The notes under the pieces are model-generated. The model had not been told where the DNA came from and ran no database searches. It saw only the letters and a list, made by a program, of their open reading frames with translations. Positions 55,241-64,000 of a DNA stretch of 64,000 nucleotides are shown piece by piece (position 1 is the stretch's first letter; each line of letters opens with the position of its first letter). Source of the stretch: Eledone cirrhosa (lineage: Eukaryota); assembly GCA_964016885.1 (NCBI GenBank), contig OZ024741.1, positions 53,196,001-53,260,000 of the forward strand, read 5' to 3'. The position numbers and the translations under genes are program-made.

Positions 55241-55244
55241 ATGT

Positions 55245-55841
55245 CAGGTCACCAGTTGGTGCTACTGGTAACATGTATCCCAGTACAACCTGTCTCATGG
55301 TCGGGTCGTTGGCGACTAAACTGGCAACCCCACCAAGGTTTCTTGGTGAGGAGGGTGACTTTGGACATCCTGCAGGACTAAAAACAAAACCTGACAAAGG
55401 GGAAAGGAGCTCTTAAGAGTCAATGGCCATCCAAAATCACTGGGAGAGATGAACCCTTAGCCTTTGTTAAGGCAGAATTCTAGGAGAAGGAAAACTCTGA
55501 TATAACACCTGCAACCCTGATGGCATCCAATGATGTTGACTTGTTCTTCTTTTTGGTAAATATTATCTTGGTTAAGAGAGTGGGACTGGCTTTGTGCAGT
55601 GCCTTTGCTCACTATAAAAGCTTCACGGCACAGGCATTGCTTTATATCTGGAGATCTCTCTGCACTTGTCGTCACATGGTACCAGCACTGTGTGTCAATA
55701 ATTGTCACAAGTGTAGTGTTTGTAGCAGAGTTTTCAAGTAGCTGGCTGGACTAAAAATCACACTCGTTCAGCGCATCGGTAGGGGTTCTCCTACATGGAT
55801 ATAAAGTAGTGGCCGTACTCGAAAACGAGTTGGCAGCCACC
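55245..55841 (+). mobile_element. RTE-derived bipartite non-autonomous element; 3' two-thirds repeated at 56907-57315
   Basis: 5' end shared with 12447; 3' end encodes a C2H2 finger ([24 protein letters not shown] in the second copy) followed by a GTGGC..CTCGAAAACGAG..GCCAC hairpin and microsatellite tail. Confidence 0.65.
55247..55324 (+). ncRNA. Candidate HDV-like ribozyme
   Basis: P1 GGTCA/TGGTC; P2 CCAGT (55280-55284)/ACTGG (55320-55324); GG; P4 TCG/CGA; J4/2 CTAA; P3 imperfect. Confidence 0.45.
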
Positions 55842-56134
55842 ATATATATATGTATGTATGTGTATGTGTATGTATATGTCTATGTATGTATATATGTGTG
55901 TATGTATGTATATATGTATGTATGTATGCATGTATGTATGTGTATATGTATGTATATATATATATGTATGTATGTATATATGTATGTATGTGTGTATGTA
56001 TGTATATATATGTATGTATGTATATGTGTATGTATGTGTATATGTATGTATATGTATATGTATGTATGTATGTATGTGTGTATGTATGTATATCTGTATG
56101 TATATGTGTGTATGTATGTATGTGTGTATGTATG

Positions 56135-56168
<34 letters not shown>

Positions 56169-56285
56169 TATATGTATGTATGTGTGTATGTATGTATATG
56201 TATGTTTTCTCTTTCTCTTAATTTCGAGTATATTTTTTTGACCGGCCACCTTCCTGGTGGCAAGGTTGTAAGAGAAAAGAAATTG

Positions 56286-56768
56286 TCATCCCTTGAATCG
56301 CAAGAATGTTTTGCATATTTTGAAGGTGCCAGCTATCGCAGCCATTTGTAGACTATGAATTAGGGAGCTGCGCTTTTTGTCCGCAAATCCAAGTTCGGTC
56401 ATACTTTGGTCCAAGCGGGTTGGTATATAACCCGTAGCACCAATAATGATGGGTATGATGCTAAAGGTGTATCTTGGATACTGGATTTGTAAGCTCCTCA
56501 TCAATGGTCCGTAGATGTCCTCCTTCTCCTGTATTTTTCTGACAACGTTTACATCAAGTGGGCAGCTGATCTCCACAACAGAACACGTTTTCAATGTGTG
56601 GTCCCAAACTACAATATCAGGCCGGTTGTGCTTTAATTTGGTGGCAGTTTTTATTTTCAGGTTCCACCAGTATTCCTTAGTGCCATCTGTCTCAATATAT
56701 TCTTCCTCGTTTGTTGTTAATTTTGTTTTCCGAAGTGCGTTCCAGATAGTTCTAGCTATCCCATCGTG
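56286..56768 (-). pseudogene. R4/Dong-like LINE restriction-like endonuclease domain (3' fragment)
   Basis: HD..A..IW, WWN..IKT...[20 protein letters not shown]...K..EK...[11 protein letters not shown]; bounded by (TATG)n. Confidence 0.85.
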
Positions 56769-56906
56769 TATGTATATATATATATGTATGTATATATATA
56801 TGTATGTATGTATATATGTATGTATGTATGTATATATGTATGCATATATGTATGTATGTATATATGTATGCATGTGTGTATGTATGTATGTATATATGTA
56901 TGTATA

Positions 56907-57315
56907 TGGGAGAGATGAACCCTTAGCCTTTGTCAAGGCAGAATTCTAGGTGAAGGAAAACTCTGATATAACACCTGCAACTCTGATGGTATCCAATGAT
57001 GTTGACTTGTTCTTCTTTTTGGTAAATATCATCTTGGTTAAGAGAGTAGGACTGACTTTGTGCAGTGCCTTTGCTCACTATAAAAGCTTCACGGCACAGG
57101 CATTGCCTTATATCTGGAGATCTCCCTGCACTTGTCGTCACATGATACCATGGGCCCAGCACTAAGTGTCAATAATTGTCACAAGTGTAGTGTTTGTACC
57201 AGAGTTTTCAAGTCGCTGGCGGGACTCAAAAGTCACACTCGTTCAGCGCATCGGTAGGGGTTCTCGTACATGGATATAAAGTAGTGGCCGTACTCGAAAA
57301 CGAGTTGGCAGCCAC
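56907..57315 (+). mobile_element. Second copy of the RTE-derived element 3' part
   Basis: Direct repeat of 55441-55841. Confidence 0.8.
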
Positions 57316-57319
57316 TATA

Positions 57320-57391
<72 letters not shown>

Positions 57392-57425
57392 TATGTATAT
57401 ATGTATTTGTATGTGTATATGTATG

Positions 57426-57475
<50 letters not shown>

Positions 57476-57567
57476 GAAAAATTGAACAGGGACAGAACAG
57501 AGAGGCAGTACGATAAATGTTTATTAAATTCACGCTCAGGAGAGTGGGGGGGGGGGGTAGGTGGAGG

Positions 57568-57599
57568 ACGACGTTTCGGGCATAAGCCCTTCTTCAGGT
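57568..57599 (-). ncRNA. Classic minimal PLE hammerhead
   Basis: Minus CTGAAGA-A-GGGC TTAT GCCC-GAAA-CG-TC; stem I only 2 bp. Confidence 0.7.
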
Positions 57600-58010
57600 G
57601 AGAGTTCAAAAGGTGTGTAGGGGAGTGGTGGAGAGACATATAGCGAAAGGAAACGGTGCGAATGAAAAATTAACACAAAAATATAATAAATAATAAATAA
57701 AAATAAAAATAATTAAAAATAAAAATAAAAATAAAAATAAAAATAAAAATAAAAATAAAAATAAAAATAAAAATAAAAATAAAAATAAAAATAAAAATAA
57801 AAATATATATATATATGAAATGATGTATGAATGGTGTATCTCTCTCTCTATATATATATATAAATATATGTATGTATGGTGTATGTGTGTGTATATATAT
57901 ATATGTTCTGTTTTGTTCCCGTTCAATTTTTCCTTATATATGTGTACATGTGTGTGTGTGTGTGTATATATATGTATGTATGTGTGTGTGTATATGTATG
58001 TATATATATA

Positions 58011-58072
<62 letters not shown>

Positions 58073-58108
58073 TGTATATATATGTGTGTATGTATGTGTG
58101 TGTGTGTG

Positions 58109-58178
<70 letters not shown>

Positions 58179-58725
58179 TATTTATATGTGTGTGTGTGTT
58201 TTTATGTGTGTATATGTGTATGTGTATGTGTGTTTATGGTTGCGCGCGAGTGTGTGAGTGAGTGTGTTTTGTGAATGTGTCTGTTGATTTTTGGCATATA
58301 GTTGAATTGTTTAAGAGAAATTTGAAGATAATTGTAAGATATGCACTCAATATTTTGAATTTGTCTACAGAATTCTCTAAACCTTTGTCACTTAGTAGAA
58401 CCTTAATGAATTTAGCTTTTAAAGAACCTCCCTTTCCTTTAAATCTAACTACCATGACTGACCCCCCACTGATCTTATAGACACCTGTTAGCTTAAGAGA
58501 AACTTAATAACGAGGAGTGGCATGCCATCCTGAACCTGTTTATGGAATTCTGTCTGCCTTTGTTACTCTAAAAACAAAAATAAATAAAAATAAACTATAG
58601 CTTTGTAGAATTAGCTTTTAATGAATTCCCTTTTCTATCAACCAATGACCTACACCTATCCCACTCCCCACCCTCTCCTACCACTTGTAGAGACCTATAA
58701 ATACCATACTTATTTTTTGATACCC

Positions 58726-58776
58726 AGATTCCTGATGATTTCTAAAGAATGAAACAGTTCTAGTCCTGTAGAATCT
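58726..58776 (+). ncRNA. Compact type I hammerhead ribozyme
   Basis: AGATTC-CTGATGA-TTTCTAAAGAAT-GAAA-CAG TTCTAGTC CTG-TA-GAATCT; 6-bp stem I, 4-bp stem III, GTA triplet; followed by (TA)n. Confidence 0.75.
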
Positions 58777-58778
58777 CA

Positions 58779-58859
<81 letters not shown>

Positions 58860-58958
58860 CAAGTGATGTCATCATGAATGGACCTGTTATTTTCATCTAA
58901 AGACATTTATTCCAATTCCAGCCGGCCCGTTCCCTCTATCTGTCTTATTTCTCAATTA

Positions 58959-58994
58959 TCTTCTGATGACAGACTAGCGTCCGAAACGTTAAGA
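58959..58994 (+). ncRNA. Minimal PLE hammerhead
   Basis: TCTT-CTGATGA-CAGAC TAGC GTCC-GAAA-CG-TT-AAGA. Confidence 0.65.
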
Positions 58995-59078
58995 CCCTCT
59001 TCCTGTTATTTCAAGCGTTAACCTAATATATCCCTTCCATATACTGTATCGATTGTGTTGTTATTTCTGTTTATCTTT

Positions 59079-59112
<34 letters not shown>

Positions 59113-59116
<4 letters not shown>

Positions 59117-59552
59117 CGCTGCCCCCTCGGTATCGAGTATGGCCATTGCACGTTATACCATTAATAATAATTATTATTTAATTCTATCGTGCAATATCTC
59201 TGTGTGAAGATATTTTTTAAAGTGAGGAAAGACTGTCCACAGAGCCAATCCCACTCTCCGAGCGACAGTAGGTATATCCTGAAAAGAAGGAAAGATCAAC
59301 ATCATCGGTAACTACTTAGCCGCAGGTTTTATATCTGAGTTATCCCAGTTTCCTGAGTTGCCTTCTCCTAGAAGAATGCCCTGACAAAGCCTAGTGGTCC
59401 TTCACTCCCAGTGGTTTAACCGCGCGGTACATGTGTATATACATATTTACACACTTTTGGATGGCCGTTGACTCTTATGAGTTCTTCCGCCCTTTGTCAG
59501 GTTTTGTTCTTTGTTCTGCAGGGTGTCCAAAATCACCCTCCTCACCAAGTAA
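59113..59552 (-). mobile_element. RTE-derived non-autonomous element (family of 12447-13075)
   Basis: Reverse complement aligns with 12535-13070. Confidence 0.7.
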
Positions 59553-59611
59553 AATTAATAAGGACGATGAAGTTTCATATAAATTGTATTTAGATTTTTG
59601 TTGTGTATCGA

Positions 59612-59702
59612 CCTGTTACGCGCGTTTCGCAGAGGATTGCATTAGCCCCCTCCCGTAGATGTTATGGGTCCGACTACATTATTTATCTGTTCTTCAGGCT
59701 GG
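59612..59702 (-). ncRNA. Long-stem-II hammerhead motif
   Basis: Minus CTGAAGA-ACAGA..TCTGC-GAAA-CGCGCG-TA; stem III palindrome ACGCGCGT; stem I decayed. Confidence 0.55.
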
Positions 59703-59838
59703 CGATACGACGTAAAAATAGTGTTTGTTGTGATTTGTGAGAAGGTGGGTGCATGTATATGCATCATCCCTATTTTTACTTTGTATATAGGCGCACGTGG
59801 TGTTGAAGTGCAATAAGTAGTGCAATTTTGTTTATATA

Positions 59839-59870
<32 letters not shown>

Positions 59871-60301
59871 CATTTACACGTATATTTACATGCGTATGTT
59901 GGTGTATGAGTGTGTATAAGCGTGTGTGTGAAGTGTAACGATTCATGTGTTTGTTGGTATGTGACGTGGACATTCAAATTATACTAATATATACAACGAT
60001 ATAAGCATCCGTTGTCTAAAACATCATAACGGATTGTTAGAATAAAACACCAATATGATCCTCATCAATCAAATTAATGCCACATGCCTCGCCGACTTTC
60101 CCGCTTAAATGCATTTGTCCGAGCAAAGTCGTACAACTGAGAAACACGGCGTACTGTCGACAAGAATCATTCATTTTCAAGGAATAAAAAAAATGCACTC
60201 TACATGTTATAAATCAGATTTTCTAGTGTCTACACATGAAAGACGCGTATCTATATATCTATTAATCTATCTATGTCTTTCTGTCTATTTATCTATCTAT
60301 G

Positions 60302-60371
<70 letters not shown>

Positions 60372-60588
60372 CTCTGGGATGGACACACGCGTATAACTTG
60401 CTGAGTAAGTTCTGTTTAAATTTCTATAGAAATTCTTGTCTGTAAACTTTAATTTCTGTACCATTTTGTAGAGGGACTGCCAGGTCAAACTTTGATCTGG
60501 TCAGTCTCTCAAAATATTCTACGCCTTTAGGCGAAATAGTTAAACAAAAAAAGTTTCTTCTTGTTGAAAAGTTAAAATTTTTTTTTAG

Positions 60589-62153
60589 ATGGCTGAAGCT
60601 TCTTCACCAAAATTCGAAGGAGGAAAGGGGAAGATAAACTTACAGCTTCCCCCTTCCACTGTCACAGTAGCAGAGGTTAAGAAGAAAGGTCAGCCAGAGG
60701 AAGGATTTCCTCCACCTGTTAACTGACAACTTGACGTTGCCATGGCAACAACCCAAAGAACCAGCAACAGCAACAGCAACAACAACAACAATGCGACGGA
60801 CGAAAACAACACCAATAACAATAACAACAACAACAAGACCAATAACTGTGACAACAACAACAATGATAACAACAACACCACCAACGACAACAACAACACA
60901 AACAAAAAAAATTTCTCCTTCGCCGAGACGGCAAGGAAAACCCTCGACTATCTGCCAGTAGATATAACCAAAGCGAAGGAGCTACTGGCAGATGCCAAAC
61001 AATATATAGTGTACGGAGAAAATGGTTCATTCACAATCCCTCCCCCCCGGAACTAAAAAGCCACAGACTCCTAAACACTGTCATGTTTAGGACAATCTCG
61101 AATAAAAGCAAAAAACCAGCTCAACCATCACAGAGTGAGATAGAGCTGGTTTTAAAAGACGTCATGAAGGACATCACCTTCATTCAGAAGGATAGACTCT
61201 ACGGGAGTCTATCCATTCTCATGAAGGACAGGGACACAGCAGTGAAACTGTCCATCAAACCAATCACATCCACCGCATACACCTTCTACCCTACGTACAT
61301 GGGTAGAAGAACACAAAAAATAAAAATCCACACCATCCTGCCGATTATGGACATATGGTGGGTTTTGACAGGTTTCCTGGACCTGGAGGATGACATGCTG
61401 GTGTCCATGGGAAAGGCATCGGGTGACGCGTTCAGTGGAACGAGCCTCGAACTTGTAGTTCAAATGAGGCCCGAAAGGATCGCCCAGATCCCTGAACGCG
61501 TCATACTGGATGATCTAACCTTCATCAACATTGCCGTTGAGGGTAGGCGGCCCTCGTGTTACCTCTGCGGAACCAGAGGTCACCTGAGGGCTGTCTGTCC
61601 CCAACTTAATATGAAAACCCCAATCCTGCCTACGCCACCAACAACTGCACAACCGACACAATCACCACAACTACCACTACAAAAACAACCACCACAGCTC
61701 AAACCAAAACAAAACAATGTCCAACCCATCCCCTCCACTCAAAAAACAAAAACAATTTCCAAAACACCCACACCGCAAACACAACCCGAAAATATACCCC
61801 TCCCCTCCAACGCGGAAGATGACCCTAGTTCGTCGTCAGACGAGGAGGAGCACTTCCACACAATCAAAAGAAAGAAAAGAAAACACACCTCAGACACACA
61901 AATGAATACAACCCCTCCCCAAAACATAACACTGACACCAACACAAAAGAGCTCACAACAACAGCAAACAAAAAACACCACACAAAAACAAAAACATGCA
62001 TACACATACATAAACACAAGAAACAAAAAACTGTTAAACATTGTGTACAACAACAATCTAATAAAAACACAAGGGCCTAACTTCACCCAGGCAGGGGATT
62101 TCCCCCACCGCAAAATGATTAAGGCCCCACAGGACACCTATAAAACTTTATAA
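60589..62153 (+). pseudogene. L1/Tx1-clade LINE ORF1 (zinc knuckle), disrupted
   Basis: ATG 60589 in frame with 60742-61056 across a TGA; frameshift to 61083-62153 containing CYLCGTRGHLRAVC (CX2CX4HX4C). Confidence 0.75.
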
Positions 62154-62337
62154 AACAATTTTAAAGAGGACGTGGGTCCCCCCTGCGTCGGGCCCATTAA
62201 CCGCGTCCTCCTAAAAAAATTACCCCACCCCCTCCCCAAACACCCACACAACTCCAAACTCCCCAACCACACAACACACTGATGCCCCTACACTTCCACA
62301 AACAAACACCCCACCCAACAACCCATCCCCCACCCTA

Positions 62338-63757
62338 ATGGAAATTGTGCAGCCCGATACCCGGGACGCAGAGAGGAAAGTGCCTTTTCTCTTCACCACC
62401 AACATGGCTATGCTAAGAGTAGGCTGTTTGAATGCGCGTGGCCTGGGCTCAACTTGGAAGCAAGCAATGTTTCTAAATGACCTCAGGTCACAACGTATAG
62501 ATGTGATGGTTATTTGCGAGGCCCGGATCAGCAACGTGCGACAGCTGGCCCCCACCTTTGATGACTTTGAGATGCACGCATCTCTCTGTCAGCCCGGAGG
62601 TGGGGGTGGAGTTGTCGTTCTGCTGCAAAAACATCTGGGTCTCGCAACACAGATGGTACATTTGGACCCGAAGGGTCGACTAGTGGTTCTGGACCTTGGC
62701 AGTGGTAAAGTCGGAGCGTTTAGATTGGTAGCCGCCTACGGCCCTTTCGGGTCAATGCGGCTGGACTTCTTCCATCGTCTGGAGACTTTTCTAGGGACGT
62801 CCCGCTCCTTGCTATTAGTGGGGGACTGGAATGGTATCCTAGATGCACGCTGGGACTACGTAGGGGCCTGTCCCGATAGAGAGGTGTGTAATAGCCTCAA
62901 AGGGTTAATCGGTCGATTTGACCTGGCCGATAGATATCGACTAGATTTTCCGACTGCGCCAACCTGGACTTGGGCAAATCGTAGCGGATCATCTAGGTCG
63001 TAACTAGATAGGTTCTTAGTTAGAATTAAGGATAAGGACTTTTTAAGTTGTCCAAAAATGCGCATGGTTGGCTATTCAGACCACAAATTAGTGACCTGCA
63101 TGGTCAAGCTTGACAGAACTCATAGACAGGGACCTGGTTACTGGAAGCTCAACTTGTCCTTACCGGCAAGTAAGGCTTACAGGGACCGGATTAGCACTTT
63201 AGTTAAGGAGCGGTTGACGGGCGCCATCTTCAACAGCAGGTGGTGGGGATCTCTCAAAAGAGAGATTAGAGTAGTCTCTATAGAATTTAGTAAGGAGTTA
63301 GCCTCAAATAGAAATAGGAAGGAAAGGGAGTTGGTAGATAGTGTAGAAGAGGCAATTAGAAGCGGCGTCGTGGCCAGAGTGCTAGCGTCGAGAACGGCCC
63401 TGGGCCAGTTCTTCGACGCGAAACACGAGGGCTGCATCGTCCGAAGCAAAATACATGCTCTGGGAAACGAGGGGACCAAAGCTGTTAGCTGGGCCTGCGT
63501 GACAGAAGGCAAAAGAGGGAGCAGATCCACTATCCGGTCTTTGCGAGACCAGGATGGACGCGTGATACTTGAACCTAAGCAGATGTGCGAGCCTTTTCAA
63601 AAGCACTTTGCCGGATTGTTCGGAAGGGGCGGGGAGCCGGTTGGGGATGTGGACTTCGGTCCATACCTCGACGGCCTGCCGCGTCTCTCGGACAGGGAGG
63701 CGAAGTCCTGCGAGGAGCCGATTTCAGCCGCTGAGATAGAGGACGTGCTGAGCCAAT
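62338..63757 (+). pseudogene. L1/Tx1-clade LINE ORF2, APE endonuclease + tether, one stop at 63001-63003, truncated before RT
   Basis: LNARGL, ICE, GDWN, WTW, S*LDRF, SDHK, GYWKLN; both ORFs in the same frame; interrupted by a SINE. Confidence 0.88.
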
Positions 63758-63897
63758 GTTATGTCCCTTTACGATCTGAGTTCAAATCCCGCCGAGATTG
63801 ACTTTGCCTTTCATCCTTACTGGGTCGATAAAATAAAGTACCAGGAATGCACTGGGTAATTGCTGGCCTTGTGCCTAAAGTAGAAACAATTATTTTT
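63758..63897 (+). mobile_element. 5'-truncated tRNA-derived SINE
   Basis: GAGTTCAAATCCC B-box and family core/3' end TGTGCCTAAAGTAGAAAC. Confidence 0.8.
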
Positions 63898-64000
63898 ATC
63901 AATTTATATATATATATAAATGCATACAAACATACAGACATACATTCATGTATACACATACAGGCATTGGGAGACATACAGAACCACACATTGTCGCAAA

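Overview
AT-rich, microsatellite-saturated animal genomic DNA. The tRNA-headed SINEs resemble those of octopod cephalopods (taxon is an inference). No host gene could be established, and almost all ORFs in the track are translations of (TA)n/(TG)n/(TATG)n. The window is a mosaic of transposable elements: (i) a very young, nearly intact Ty3/Gypsy LTR retrotransposon of the CsRn1/Kabuki type (13196-18683, minus), with a GATA target-site duplication (TSD) proven by an empty paralogous site at 4949-4952, a tRNA-Trp primer-binding site (PBS) and a -1 frameshift heptamer plus pseudoknot; (ii) a near full-length Penelope-like element (PLE; RT + C-terminal GIY-YIG, about 29190-32797, minus) and three further PLE endonuclease fragments; (iii) the 5' half of an L1/Tx1 LINE, R4/Dong- and RTE-type remnants, Helitrons, a mariner end and SINEs. 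The most striking signal is RNA-structural. About 25 hammerhead-ribozyme motifs from many unrelated sequence families were read by eye on both strands, some with unusually large branched stem II domains. Many sit in head-to-head inverted repeats (arms 26-810 bp) whose 3' tails point outward, usually into (TA)n. Candidate HDV-like ribozymes occur at the 5' end of RTE-derived elements. All folds and coordinates were derived manually and need computational confirmation.
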